From assembly GCA_041690395.1 (NCBI GenBank), contig JAWLHJ010000003.1, forward strand, positions 480,001 through 544,000: DNA of 64,000 bases, written 5' to 3'. Each line of letters opens with the position of its first letter. Positions within the stretch are counted from its first letter, which is position 1. The translations under genes and the position numbers were made by a program. Shown here piece by piece: positions 32,300 to 42,188 of the stretch. The notes under the pieces were generated by a model, which saw only the letters and a list, made by a program, of their open reading frames with translations, did no database searches and had not been told where the DNA came from. Source of the DNA: Longimicrobiales bacterium (lineage in GTDB: Bacteria > Gemmatimonadota > Gemmatimonadetes > Longimicrobiales > Gaopeijiaceae).

Positions 32300-32398
32300 G
32301 CTCAGATCCTCCCTCCGGGGTCCCCGGGGGTCCGCGCGCGGGGCGCGGCCCCACGAGGTCAAGGTATCGGTCGGTCGAGGGGCGCGAAACCGCGCCGG

Positions 32399-32562
32399 GG
32401 TACCTTTCGCGCGAGATGCGAAAGTCGTTCGAAAGTCGAAACACTTTCGCGAGGATCGTCGTGGTGAACCCGCGGCCGGATCCCAGCGCCACACGGAGCT
32501 TTCCGGCGTCTACGCCGTCCTGGGGGTGACTGCGCGGGTCGTTCGAAAGTCGAACGATCTCC
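32399..32562 (-). repeat. Dispersed intergenic 164-bp element, copy B (inverted relative to copy A)
   Basis: Reverse complement aligns to 14192..14355; contains GTCGTTCGAAAGTCGAA twice (near 32424 and 32538). Confidence 0.85.
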
Positions 32563-32608
32563 ATCACACCGAGACGCGCCCCCTTCCACCTCGAGACCCG
32601 CCTCCCGC

Positions 32609-33832
32609 CTAGGCCGACACCCGGTCCCGCCCGCCCCGCTTGGCCCGGTACAGCGCCTTGTCCGCCTTGGCGAGCACGACCGCCGGTGCGGCGTCGGCCG
32701 CCGCCTTCGAGTCCGCCGCCCCGACCGACACGGTCACCGACAGCGTGCGATCGGCCCGCGCGGGCTTCTTCGCACCCCCACTTCGCCTGGCCTTGCCGGC
32801 CTCCTTCCGCGCCGGCCGACTCCAGCGGCGTAGGGAGAAGCGGGCCGACGCCACGGAGGCGCGTACCGACTCCAGGTACGGTATGGCCTCCTGTCGCTCG
32901 AGCCCGCGGTAGAGGAGCGTGAACTCCTCGCCTCCGTACCGGTAGGCACGCCCGCCGGCCGGGGCCTTGGCGAGTCGGCTCGCCACGAGCCGGAGTACCT
33001 GGTCGCCGACGTCGTGGCCGTGCTTGTCGTTGAACTTCTTGAAGTGGTCGACGTCGACCATCGCGAGGGTGTAGGTCCCGCTGAGCCCGTCGAGATCGCG
33101 CATCAGCGAGCGGCGTCCGGGGAGACCGGTCAGCTCGTCCCGGTACGCCATGGCGTAGGACGTCTCGAGCACGGCGAGTCCGAGCGTCAGGGACGCCGCC
33201 ATGCGGAGCAGCGACGCCGTGGAGCCTTCCGCGCCGGGCAAGGCCGACCCGACCACGAGCGCGAAGCTCCACAACGCAGCGCGCTCCACAGGTCCCCTGC
33301 GCCGGTAGGCCGCCGCGATGGCCAGCAGGAGTCCGAGGGCGACCACCGCCAGCGCCTGCGGCGAGGCATTCAGCCAGGGGAAGGCGTCCGGTGGCTCCGC
33401 CGAGGTCGGAGCGAACGCGGTGAGCGCGGGAATTCCCCGGGACAGACCGATGGTCCAGGCCGCGGCGAACCCCAGAGCGCCGAGGAGGTGACCCACGCCC
33501 ACGACCGACGTCACGCCCCGGTCACGTGCCACCGCGCCCAGCCCCAGGAGCGCCGCCATCGCGACGCCGAGCGCGGGCCGGTCGGGCTCCGCCACCATCC
33601 CCGCCCGCGCCACCGCCTCGACGACGGCGAGCGCCGCCACGAGCGCGAGCACGCGGCTCCGGTGGAACGCGACGGCGAGCCCGGCCGCGACCACGTAGGC
33701 GATCGGACCGTACCAGCCGACGATCGTCGCGGCGAGGTCTTCCCGACCCGGCGGGGCGTAGAAGAGAACGGCGATCGCGAGGCCCGCTACCACCCCACCG
33801 GGGAAGAGCCAGCGAAGGAGGGTACGTATCAT
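32609..33832 (-). CDS. Membrane-bound diguanylate cyclase (GGDEF domain)
   Basis: Multiple TM segments, then RDELTGL, DVDHFKKFNDKHGHDVGD, RYGGEEF, ADKALYRAK. Confidence 0.92.
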   Translation of the reverse strand: MIRTLLRWLFPGGVVAGLAIAVLFYAPPGREDLAATIVGWYGPIAYVVAAGLAVAFHRSRVLALVAALAVVEAVARAGMVAEPDRPALGVAMAALLGLGAVARDRGVTSVVGVGHLLGALGFAAAWTIGLSRGIPALTAFAPTSAEPPDAFPWLNASPQALAVVALGLLLAIAAAYRRRGPVERAALWSFALVVGSALPGAEGSTASLLRMAASLTLGLAVLETSYAMAYRDELTGLPGRRSLMRDLDGLSGTYTLAMVDVDHFKKFNDKHGHDVGDQVLRLVASRLAKAPAGGRAYRYGGEEFTLLYRGLERQEAIPYLESVRASVASARFSLRRWSRPARKEAGKARRSGGAKKPARADRTLSVTVSVGAADSKAAADAAPAVVLAKADKALYRAKRGGRDRVSA

Positions 33833-33871
33833 CCTCGGGAGGGGCGTGGGGGAGGAAGGCGTGGCGGGAGG

Positions 33872-33899
33872 AAGGTAGGCTCGACGGCCCACCCGTCAA
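33872..33899 (-). promoter_or_regulatory. Putative sigma70 promoter for the GGDEF gene
   Basis: Minus strand TTGACG-N16-TACCTT about 40 nt upstream of ATG 33832. Confidence 0.5.
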
Positions 33900-33962
33900 C
33901 GCGCATACTCATATCGGTGGCGTGTCCGCCACCCGCTCCGCACATCCCCCGGAAACGACGCT

Positions 33963-34601
33963 TTGCGCGACCTCCTCCTCTTCTTCGTTTCGCTCTTTTC
34001 GATCGTGAACCCGCTGTCGGTCATCCCGACCTTCATGGGGCTCACGCACGACGCCACGAAGACCGAGCTGCGCCGCATCACGCGACAGGCTTCCTTCTCG
34101 GTCTTCCTGATTCTGATGGCGTCCTACACCGCCGGCGAGGCCGTGCTGGGCTTCTTCTCGATCAGCGTGGCTTCCCTGCGGATCGCCGGAGGAGTCCTGA
34201 TCTTCGGCATGGCGTGGTCGATGCTCCAGGCCACCGTCAGCCGGGCCAAGCAGACCCGGGAGGAGGCCGCCGAGGCGCCCGAGCGGCAGAGTATCGCCGT
34301 CGTGCCGCTGGCCATGCCGCTCCTCGCCGGACCGGGATCGATCAGCCTCATGATCATCGTCGCGGGACGGATGGACGGGATCTCCAACCACGTCATCGTC
34401 CTCCTCGGAACCGCCCTCCTCGCGCTCGTGACGTGGGTGGTCCTGCTCGCGGCCGGCCCCATCGCCCGCGCGCTGGGCCGGACCGGGCTCAACGTCGCGA
34501 CGCGGTTCATGGGACTCATCCTCGCCGCGATCGCCGTCGAGTTCATCACCTCCGGGCTGCTGGACATCTTCCCGGGATGGGCGGCCGGCACGGAACCCTG
34601 A
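33963..34601 (+). CDS. MarC-family inner membrane protein
   Basis: [42 protein letters not shown] start. Confidence 0.92.
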   Translation: MRDLLLFFVSLFSIVNPLSVIPTFMGLTHDATKTELRRITRQASFSVFLILMASYTAGEAVLGFFSISVASLRIAGGVLIFGMAWSMLQATVSRAKQTREEAAEAPERQSIAVVPLAMPLLAGPGSISLMIIVAGRMDGISNHVIVLLGTALLALVTWVVLLAAGPIARALGRTGLNVATRFMGLILAAIAVEFITSGLLDIFPGWAAGTEP

Positions 34602-34659
34602 CCGTCGCCGAGGGGTTCGTAAAGCGGCCCCCGGACCGACCCTCCAGCCTCCACGATCC

Positions 34660-35616
34660 ATGATCATTCGCCGCCCCCCGCACATCCCGTCCTCGGAGAT
34701 CACGCCCGAGAGCGTGTACGTGAACCGCCGGACGTTCATCAAGGCGGCCGCGCTGGGCGGTGCCGGGCTGGCCATCGGTCCGGACGCGCTGGGCGCGCTG
34801 GACACGTCCGATGCTCAGGAGGTCCCCGCGCGCTTCAGGGACATGCGCTCGGAGCTCGACGAGGAGCTCAACTCGTACCGGGACATCACGACCTACAACA
34901 ACTTCTACGAGTTCGGTACCGGGAAGGACGACCCCCACAAGAACTCCGGGGATTTCCGGCCGCGCCCGTGGACCGTGAAGATCGACGGGCACGTCGACAA
35001 GCCGGGCGACTACCAGCTCGAGGACTTCCTGGCGCCTCACACCATGGAGGACCGGGTCTACCGGCTACGCTGCGTCGAGGCCTGGTCGATGGTGATCCCG
35101 TGGTACGGGTTTCCGCTCGCCGACCTGGTGAGGCGCGTCGAGCCCACGGGGAACGCGCGCTATCTCGAGTTCACGACGCTCGTGCGGCCTTCAGAGATGC
35201 CCGGCCAGCGCACCGGCGTGCTCGACTGGCCGTACGTCGAAGGGCTGCGCATCGACGAAGCCATGCATCCGCTGACGCTGCTCGCGACCGGCGTCTACGG
35301 CATGGACCTCCCGAACCAGAACGGCGCGCCCCTCCGACTGGTCGTCCCGTGGAAGTACGGCTTCAAGGGCATCAAGTCGATCGTGCGCATCCGGTTCGTC
35401 GAGGAGATGCCGCTCAACACATGGCAGCGGCAGACCCCGAGCGAGTACGGCTTCTACGCGAACGTGAATCCGAACGTCGATCATCCGCGCTGGAGCCAGG
35501 CGCGGGAACGGCGGCTCCCGGGGCTCTTCAAGAACCACGAGACGCTGATGTTCAACGGGTACACGGAAGAGGTGCAGCACCTCTACGCCGGCATGGATCT
35601 CCGTCGCTGGTACTGA
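34660..35616 (+). CDS. msrP: Protein-methionine-sulfoxide reductase, catalytic subunit
   Basis: SEITPE, Tat motif [52 protein letters not shown]. Confidence 0.97.
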   Translation: MIIRRPPHIPSSEITPESVYVNRRTFIKAAALGGAGLAIGPDALGALDTSDAQEVPARFRDMRSELDEELNSYRDITTYNNFYEFGTGKDDPHKNSGDFRPRPWTVKIDGHVDKPGDYQLEDFLAPHTMEDRVYRLRCVEAWSMVIPWYGFPLADLVRRVEPTGNARYLEFTTLVRPSEMPGQRTGVLDWPYVEGLRIDEAMHPLTLLATGVYGMDLPNQNGAPLRLVVPWKYGFKGIKSIVRIRFVEEMPLNTWQRQTPSEYGFYANVNPNVDHPRWSQARERRLPGLFKNHETLMFNGYTEEVQHLYAGMDLRRWY

Positions 35617-35641
35617 GCCGGGCCGCGCGTCGGATCCCCCG

Positions 35642-36262
35642 ATGACGACGAAAGCGACCGTCCGCAGCCTGAAGGTCGTCCTCTGGATCGCCGCTCTGGC
35701 CCCCGCGGCCTGGCTCGTGCGCGGCGTCATGCAGGGCGAGCTCGGCGCCAACCCCATCGAGACGCTGACGCACACCACGGGCATGACCGCCCTGGTGCTC
35801 CTGCTGGTGACACTCGCCGTGTCTCCGGTGCGCAAGCTCTCCGGGTGGAACCCGGTGATCCGCCTGCGGCGCCCCCTCGGGCTGTTCGCGTTTTTCTACG
35901 CGGTGTGCCACTTCTCCATCTGGTTTGTGTTCGACATGGTCTTCAACGTCGGGTGGATGCTCGAGGACATCGCCGAACGCCCCTACATCACCGTGGGGAT
36001 GGCGGCTTTGCTGCTCCTCATCCCGCTGGCGGTGACTTCCACCAGGGGTTGGATCAGGCGACTCGGGAAGCGGTGGGCCAAGCTGCACAGGCTGGTATAC
36101 GTCGCGACCGGCCTGGGCGTCCTGCACTACTTCTGGCTGGTCAAGTCGGACTACCGGCTGCCCTCGTTCCTGGCCGTCTGCCTCCTGATCCTGCTGATCG
36201 CCCGGGCGCCGATCGCGCGTCTCACCGCACCGAGGAAGCCGGTGGAGCGCTCGACCGGCTGA
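35642..36262 (+). CDS. msrQ: Protein-methionine-sulfoxide reductase, heme-binding membrane subunit
   Basis: LGANP, RRPLGLFAFFYA..H, RPYITVG, PLAVTS, WAKLHRLVY; follows msrP. Confidence 0.95.
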   Translation: MTTKATVRSLKVVLWIAALAPAAWLVRGVMQGELGANPIETLTHTTGMTALVLLLVTLAVSPVRKLSGWNPVIRLRRPLGLFAFFYAVCHFSIWFVFDMVFNVGWMLEDIAERPYITVGMAALLLLIPLAVTSTRGWIRRLGKRWAKLHRLVYVATGLGVLHYFWLVKSDYRLPSFLAVCLLILLIARAPIARLTAPRKPVERSTG

Positions 36263-36278
36263 TCGAGCGCTCCACCGG
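36239..36278. terminator. Perfect 16-bp inverted repeat at the convergent msrQ / methyltransferase junction
   Basis: CCGGTGGAGCGCTCGA (36239-36254), 8-nt loop containing the msrQ stop, TCGAGCGCTCCACCGG (36263-36278). Confidence 0.65.
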
Positions 36279-36286
36279 GCCGTCCC

Positions 36287-37132
36287 TCAGTCGTTCGCGA
36301 AGACCGTCTCCATCACCTCGTCGGGAAGCGTCTCCGCGCATTTGCGGCCGACGATCGCGAAGTAGTTCAGCGGCGCTCCGTCGATGGAGAAGCGGTGCTG
36401 GTACCGCTCCAGGTGGTGCAGGTCCAGATACTCCGAGAAGATCAGCTGGCGCACCATCGTGCTGAAGCCGCTCTCGTCGCTCGCGTCGAGGAAGGAATCC
36501 TTGATGTTGAACGCGATCCACCCGCCGACCTCCACCAGGTTCATCGCCTCGGCGACGGCCCTTGGCGGAATGTCCCCGAAGCCGAGCGCGGCAACGGACA
36601 CCATGCAGTTGAACGACCACGACCGGAGCTCGGCTCGCAGCTCCTCCTGCACGTCCGTGAAGTCGGCCACGTAGTAGTGGTCGTAGATGCCGGGGCGATC
36701 GCGAATGGTCGCCTCCCGGGCTTCTTCGATGATGTCGACGCCCACCAGGCGGGACACGCCGCGGGCCGCGAGCTCCTCGCCGACCATGCCGTTTCCGGCG
36801 CCGAGATCGAGGACACGGAGCTCGGAGGGGTGTTCGTGATCCTTCAGGACGGCCGCCTGGAGCACGTCCGCGACCTTCGTCGGGGACTTGCACTTGAGCC
36901 GGTCATAGAAGAGTTGTTCGTAGAGGCCGCGTCGATCGTAGATCTCGGCGTAATCGTGGAACCGGATCCGCGTGCGGCCGTCGCCGTTGGCGAGAAAGAA
37001 GAAGGCCTCGTGCTGGTCGGGCTCGTCCCCGCCGGGAGGAGGGAATTCGATCCGGTACCTGGGCATGTCGAGGGGCTTGAGGGCTCCGCCGTTCATCTCC
37101 GGGAGGCGTTCTCGAGTCAGGGTATGCATCAT
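36287..37132 (-). CDS. Class I SAM-dependent methyltransferase
   Basis: RVLDLGAGNG motif I, LVGVDI, ADFT; start uncertain. Confidence 0.85.
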   Translation of the reverse strand: MMHTLTRERLPEMNGGALKPLDMPRYRIEFPPPGGDEPDQHEAFFFLANGDGRTRIRFHDYAEIYDRRGLYEQLFYDRLKCKSPTKVADVLQAAVLKDHEHPSELRVLDLGAGNGMVGEELAARGVSRLVGVDIIEEAREATIRDRPGIYDHYYVADFTDVQEELRAELRSWSFNCMVSVAALGFGDIPPRAVAEAMNLVEVGGWIAFNIKDSFLDASDESGFSTMVRQLIFSEYLDLHHLERYQHRFSIDGAPLNYFAIVGRKCAETLPDEVMETVFAND

Positions 37133-37207
37133 GGTCGCAGGCTTCACGTTTGAAAGGATGGCGTTCGACTCCGCGCTGATAGATGGTTGCCGGGTGCGGC
37201 CAAGTCG

Positions 37208-37999
37208 ATGATCGATCTGTTAAAGATAAGCAAAATATACACTTCGGGCTCACCCCCCGCCCTGGACGACGTCACGCTCTCCGTCGAGGAGGGAGAGACG
37301 CTGGCGCTTCTCGGATCGTCGGGGTCGGGCAAGACGACCGCGCTGAAGCTGGTGAATCGCCTCGAGGACCCCACCTCGGGCACCGTTCGCGTCGCCGGGC
37401 GCGACGTGTCCGGCGTGGACGTCCACGAGCTCCGCCGCTCCATCGGATACGTCTTCCAGGGGGTCGGCCTCTTCCCCCACCTGACCGTCGGCGAGAACGT
37501 GGGCGTGGTGCCCCGGCTGCAGGGTTGGGACGCGACCCGGATCCGGGCGCGAGCGACCGAGCTGCTCGACCTCGTCGGGCTCCCGGCCGACCGGTTCCGC
37601 GACCGGTATCCGGACCAACTCTCCGGCGGTCAGGCGCAACGGGTCGGCGTGGCGCGGGCCCTCGCCGCGGACCCGGAGATCCTCCTGATGGACGAGCCCT
37701 TCGGCGCCCTCGACGCGGTCACGCGGGTCCGCCTCCAGGACGAGCTCGTCGACCTCAAGGCGAGGCTCGGCCGCACCATCGTCTTCGTCACCCACGACCT
37801 GGTCGAGGCGCTGAAGCTCGGCGACCGGGTGGCGATCCTCCACCGCGGCGAGCTCCACCAGGTGGGCACCGGGCGGGAGCTGTACCGGAACCCGGAGACG
37901 CCGTTCGTGCGGGACCTGCTCAGCCAGCTCGAGAGCCAGATGCGCGAGGCGGAGCGGCTCCTGGGAGCGGACGCGCCCGCCCCCGGAGGCGATGCATGA
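37208..37999 (+). CDS. Osmoprotectant-type ABC transporter ATP-binding protein
   Basis: GSSGSGKTT, IGYVFQ..GLFPH, LSGGQAQRVGVARALAADP, LMDEPFGALD, FVTHD; no CBS domains. Confidence 0.93.
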   Translation: MIDLLKISKIYTSGSPPALDDVTLSVEEGETLALLGSSGSGKTTALKLVNRLEDPTSGTVRVAGRDVSGVDVHELRRSIGYVFQGVGLFPHLTVGENVGVVPRLQGWDATRIRARATELLDLVGLPADRFRDRYPDQLSGGQAQRVGVARALAADPEILLMDEPFGALDAVTRVRLQDELVDLKARLGRTIVFVTHDLVEALKLGDRVAILHRGELHQVGTGRELYRNPETPFVRDLLSQLESQMREAERLLGADAPAPGGDA

Positions 38000-39576
38000 G
38001 CGCGCTCGTCGAGGCGTTCGCGACACGAGCGCCGGAGGTGTGGCTGCGAACGCTCGAGCATCTCATGCTCACCGGCATCTCGACGGTGGCCGCGGTGCTG
38101 GTCGGGGTCCCCGTGGGGGTGCTCGCGTTCTTCCGACCCCGCCTGCGATCGGCGCTCCTCTCCGGGGTCGGCATCCTGCAGACCGTCCCGAGCCTGGCCA
38201 TGCTCGCGCTCCTCCTCGTCGCGTTCGGGCGCATCGGGGTCGCGCCGGCGCTCGCGGCGCTCACCCTGTACGCGCTCCTGCCGGTGGTCCGGAACACCCT
38301 CGTGGGGCTCGAGGGCGTGGACGACGACGTCGGGGCGGCCGCGCGCGGGCTCGGCATGACCCCGTCCCAGGAGTTGCTCCGCGTCCGGCTCCCCCTCGCC
38401 CTCCCCGTCCTCGCCGCCGGCGTCAGAACCGCCGCCGTGATCGGGGTCGGCATCGCCACGCTGTCGGCCTTCATCGGCGCCGGCGGGCTGGGTCAGTTCA
38501 TCAACCGCGGTCTGGCGCTCTCCGACACGGGCCTCATCCTGCTCGGCGCCGTCCCGGCCGGCATCCTCGCGCTCATCGTCGACGGATCGATCGCCGGCGT
38601 GGAGTGGGCGGCCGACGCGCGGCGCCACCGTGACGCCCGGACCGCGGGTCGCCGACTCCTCCGCATGGCGGTCGCCACGGCTCCGCTCGTGCTTCTGGTG
38701 GTGCCGTCCGTCCTGCTCGCCCTCGGCAGCCGCGGGGGTCCGACCTCCGGTGGCGGGCGTGTCACCATCTGCACGAAGAACTTCACGGAGCAGCTCGTGC
38801 TGGGCGAGCTCATGGCCCAGGTGATCGAGGCCCGCACCGACCTGTCGGTCGACCGCCGGTTCAACATGGGCGGCACGGTCATCTGTCACCGAGCGCTGGT
38901 GGCGGGTGAGGTGGACGTGTATCCCGAGTACACGGGGACGGCGCTCACGGCCATACTGGGAATGGAGCCCGGCCCGGACGACGGCCCCGACCAGGTCATG
39001 CAGGAGGTCCGAACCCGCTACGCCCGCGACTTCGACGTTCGGTGGCTCGAGCCGTTCGGCTTCGACAACACCTACGTGCTGCTCGCAGATCCGGACGTCG
39101 CGGATTCGCTCGACTGGTCGCGGGCGTCGGACCTCGCGGACGCGGCGTCCGGGCTGTCGGTCGGGTTCACCTCCGAGTTCGCGGAGCGCGCGGACGGGTA
39201 CCCCGGCTTCGTCGAGCACTACGGCTTCTCGTTCGGCGCCGAGCGCGACCTCGACCCGGGCATCCTCTACCAGGCCGTCGCCGGCGGGGAGGTCGACGTG
39301 GTGTTCGGCTTCGCCACGGACGGACGGATCGACAGCTACGGGCTGGAAGTCCTGGCCGACGACCGGGCCTTCTTCCCCCCGTACGAAGCCGCACCGCTGG
39401 CGCGAATGGACGCCCTCGAAGCGAACCCCGGGCTCGGGCCGGCCCTCTCCGCGCTGGCCGGCGAGCTCCCGGACTCCACCATGCGCCGCCTCAACCGGGA
39501 AGCCGACGAGGGAACGGGCAACGTCGCCGAGATCGTGCGGCGGTTCGTCGAGGAGCGCGGGCTCGGCGGGTCCTGA
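37996..39576 (+). CDS. Fused permease / substrate-binding protein of betaine/choline-type ABC importer
   Basis: QTVPSLAML, LYALLP, IGAGGLG; then KNFTEQ, YPEYTGT, FDNTY, EFAERADG, ATDG, FFPPY; ATGA overlap with the ATPase. Confidence 0.9.
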   Translation: MSALVEAFATRAPEVWLRTLEHLMLTGISTVAAVLVGVPVGVLAFFRPRLRSALLSGVGILQTVPSLAMLALLLVAFGRIGVAPALAALTLYALLPVVRNTLVGLEGVDDDVGAAARGLGMTPSQELLRVRLPLALPVLAAGVRTAAVIGVGIATLSAFIGAGGLGQFINRGLALSDTGLILLGAVPAGILALIVDGSIAGVEWAADARRHRDARTAGRRLLRMAVATAPLVLLVVPSVLLALGSRGGPTSGGGRVTICTKNFTEQLVLGELMAQVIEARTDLSVDRRFNMGGTVICHRALVAGEVDVYPEYTGTALTAILGMEPGPDDGPDQVMQEVRTRYARDFDVRWLEPFGFDNTYVLLADPDVADSLDWSRASDLADAASGLSVGFTSEFAERADGYPGFVEHYGFSFGAERDLDPGILYQAVAGGEVDVVFGFATDGRIDSYGLEVLADDRAFFPPYEAAPLARMDALEANPGLGPALSALAGELPDSTMRRLNREADEGTGNVAEIVRRFVEERGLGGS

Positions 39577-39602
39577 CGGCCGCGGCCGGCCGGCGCGGGC
39601 CC

Positions 39603-39668
39603 GGCGGGTGAGGAGGGGGGGCCGGCGGGTGAGGAGCGCCGGCCCGGGCGGGTGAGGAGCGCCGGCCC
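39603..39668 (+). repeat. Short tandem repeat, three copies of GGCGGGTGAGGAG
   Basis: Copies at 39603, 39624, 39647; copies 2 and 3 share 22 nt. Confidence 0.85.
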
Positions 39669-39719
39669 CGGGTGGCGCAAACCCGCCATCGGGTCGGCCC
39701 ACCGTACGCGAATGAAAGG

Positions 39720-39742
39720 TTGACCCCGCTCAGCGGGGTCAA
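39720..39742. repeat. 23-bp palindrome between convergent genes
   Basis: TTGACCCCGCT-C-AGCGGGGTCAA. Confidence 0.8.
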
Positions 39743-39849
39743 TCCACCATTTCCTCCCGCTGGGCCGCGGCGCCTGTGAGGTTCACCGCCGTCCACGGCG
39801 ACAAGCCGCCCGCCGACGCGTGACACCGGAGGATTGTCCGGTTCCCGCC

Positions 39850-41379
39850 TCAGCCCCGGGCGATCTCCTCGAGAAAGGCGCCGCCGTAGCGCTCGAGCTT
39901 GACCTCGCCGACACCCGGAACGTCGAGCAACTCGGTGGCCGAGCCGGGGCGCCGCCGCGCCATCTCGCGGAGCGTCCGGTCATTGAACACCACGTACGCC
40001 GGAACGCCCTGACGCTCGGCGACGTTCCGCCGCAGATCGCGCAGCCGCTCGAAGAGCTGCACGGATCCCTCGGGCAGTGGCTCGTCACCAACCGGCGAGC
40101 TCGACGACCGCCGCCGGGCACCCGCGCCGCGCGCCACGCCGTGCTCGACCATCGCCTCCGCCGCGGTGTCGGCGACGGCCTCCCCCGTGCACACGTCGCA
40201 CGAGAAGTCGCAGTCGCTCATCTCCTCGTCGAAATGCCGGAGGATGCTCCGGTGCCGACACGTCCCGGACTCCACCATACGGAACAGGTCGACCGTGGCG
40301 CGGTGTCGCCGCTCCCGCACGCCCGGGTCCTCGATGTCGCTCAGGAAGCGCTCGTGCAGCTTCACGTCCGCCCACGAATAGAAGAGCACGCAGTCGCTCT
40401 CCAGGCCGTCGCGGCCGGCGCGCCCCATCTCCTGGTACCACGACTCGACGTCCTTCGGCATGTCCCGGTGGATCACGAAGCGCACGTCCGGCTTGTCGAT
40501 GCCCATGCCGAACGCGACCGTCGCCACCACGACATCGACCTCGTCGTTGCGGAACGCATCCTGGTTCCGGATCCGCTGCTCGTCGGGTAGCCCGGCGTGG
40601 TACGGGAGCGCCCGCACGCCGTTCGCCTCCAGGAACTCGGTGGTCTGCTCGACGCCGCGCCGGCTGAGGCAGTACACGATGCCGCTCTCCCCCGCCCGCC
40701 GGCGGATCAGCGCGAGGATCTCGCTCTTCGTGTTCCCCTTCCCTTTCTTGCGGCATCCGACGAGCAGATTCGGGCGAAAGAAGGAGCCCTTGTATCCCGA
40801 GGGCTTCCGCATGCCGAGCTGCCGCAGGATGTCGCGCGCCACGGCGCGCGTCGCCGTCGCCGTGAGGGCGAGGACCGGGACGTCGAGCCCCTCCTTCAGA
40901 CCCGCCAGCCGCCGGTACGACGGACGAAAGTCGTGCCCCCACTGAGAGATGCAGTGCGCCTCGTCGACCACCACGAGCGAGATCGGACAGGACGAGACGA
41001 AGTCGCCCAGGTGCCCGTCCAGCGCCTCGGGCGCCAGGTAGACCAGCTCATAGTCGCCGCGGCGCAGCCCCGCCAGCCGCTCCCGCCGTTCCTCGTACGA
41101 CAGCGTCGAGTTGATCTCGACGGCCTGGAAGCCGAGCGCCTGGACGGCGTCGACCTGGTCCTTCATGAGGGAGATCAGCGGCGACACCACCAGCACCGTG
41201 CCCTGAAGCATGCGCGCAGGAAGCTGGTAGGTGAGCGACTTTCCGGCCCCGGTCGGCATGACCGCGATGCAGTCCTCGCCGGCCAGAACCGCGTCGATGA
41301 CCTCGCGCTGTCCGGGTCGGAAGGTGTCGAATCCGAAGATCTGTCGGAGGACGGCGGTCGGGTCGGTGGATTGCTGCAC
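39850..41379 (-). CDS. recQ: RecQ-family ATP-dependent DNA helicase (short form with HRDC)
   Basis: [51 protein letters not shown], Zn site CR..C...CDVC, HRDC. Confidence 0.92.
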   Translation of the reverse strand: MQQSTDPTAVLRQIFGFDTFRPGQREVIDAVLAGEDCIAVMPTGAGKSLTYQLPARMLQGTVLVVSPLISLMKDQVDAVQALGFQAVEINSTLSYEERRERLAGLRRGDYELVYLAPEALDGHLGDFVSSCPISLVVVDEAHCISQWGHDFRPSYRRLAGLKEGLDVPVLALTATATRAVARDILRQLGMRKPSGYKGSFFRPNLLVGCRKKGKGNTKSEILALIRRRAGESGIVYCLSRRGVEQTTEFLEANGVRALPYHAGLPDEQRIRNQDAFRNDEVDVVVATVAFGMGIDKPDVRFVIHRDMPKDVESWYQEMGRAGRDGLESDCVLFYSWADVKLHERFLSDIEDPGVRERRHRATVDLFRMVESGTCRHRSILRHFDEEMSDCDFSCDVCTGEAVADTAAEAMVEHGVARGAGARRRSSSSPVGDEPLPEGSVQLFERLRDLRRNVAERQGVPAYVVFNDRTLREMARRRPGSATELLDVPGVGEVKLERYGGAFLEEIARG

Positions 41380-41586
41380 GGCGCGGTGGGACGGGGTGGT
41401 CGGAGGGCGGTCTCCCTACATGAACCAAAACCCCACGCGAGGGACAGGCCCATGGTGTCACGGGCGCGCCGAGGGCGCTCGTCACGCCTGGCTCCGGCCC
41501 GCCCCCGATCCATTGCGAAACCCGGCCGGCGCGAGGCATCGTAGGAGCGTTCGCCGGCCTGCACTTCACACCCCGGGGAGGACCTC

Positions 41587-42006
41587 ATCTCACGCCGCCG
41601 CAACTCCGCGTTTCACGCGCTCGTGCTCCTCGCGATCCTCACCGTGACGGGGTGCTCCCGTTGGCAGCTCGCATCCTCCCCCACCCCGGCGGGACTCACC
41701 GACGAGCCGCCCGAACTCGTGCGGGTCACCCTCGGGAACGGTACACGCCTCGAGATCAGGGATCCGGTCGCCCGGAACGACTCCATCATCGGCACGACAC
41801 TCAGGCCCGTGTGCACGCTTGCCGATGCAATGAACCCGAATCGGGGATGCCCGGAGCGCCCCGTTCCCATCGGGGTGCAGGCCTCGGACGTGGCCGAGCT
41901 CGAGCTCCGCAGACGCAGCGTCATGCGGTCGACCGTGCTCATCACCGGCCTCCTGGCCGGCACGTACCAGGTCGTCCGTGTGAGCATCCGGGCGTTCGGA
42001 GCCTGA
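41587..42006 (+). CDS. Hypothetical lipoprotein (start at ATC 41587 or GTG 41623)
   Basis: Lipobox-like VTGC; in-frame upstream SRRRNSAFHAL completes a signal peptide; GGAGG 5 nt before ATC. Confidence 0.55.
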   Translation: MSRRRNSAFHALVLLAILTVTGCSRWQLASSPTPAGLTDEPPELVRVTLGNGTRLEIRDPVARNDSIIGTTLRPVCTLADAMNPNRGCPERPVPIGVQASDVAELELRRRSVMRSTVLITGLLAGTYQVVRVSIRAFGA

Positions 42007-42114
42007 AGACGCAGGCGCCGGGCCGTCCCGGTCGACGCACCGATCCGTCCTCAGAGTAGGACACACTCGAACCGCATCCGCCCGTCTTCCCTTTGATATC
42101 AGGGGATTTCCCGC

Positions 42115-42130
42115 TGGCACGCCCCCTGCA
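42115..42130 (+). promoter_or_regulatory. Putative sigma54 (-24/-12) promoter
   Basis: TGGCACG-N4-CTGCA, correct GG/GC spacing, 58 nt upstream of ATG 42189. Confidence 0.6.
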
Positions 42131-42188
42131 CTTCCGTATCGGCGAGGACACGACACGAACGGGTCCCGAGACGTGAGGAGCAGAGAAG

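Noticed and set aside
37183..37995. ORF-track N-terminal extensions suggesting fusions (also 2866..4944, 21844..24171, 45478..48660, 101..1102)
   Set aside because: Extensions are out-of-frame overlaps with adjacent genes or run through non-coding/antisense sequence; true starts coincide with stop/start overlaps or SD sites
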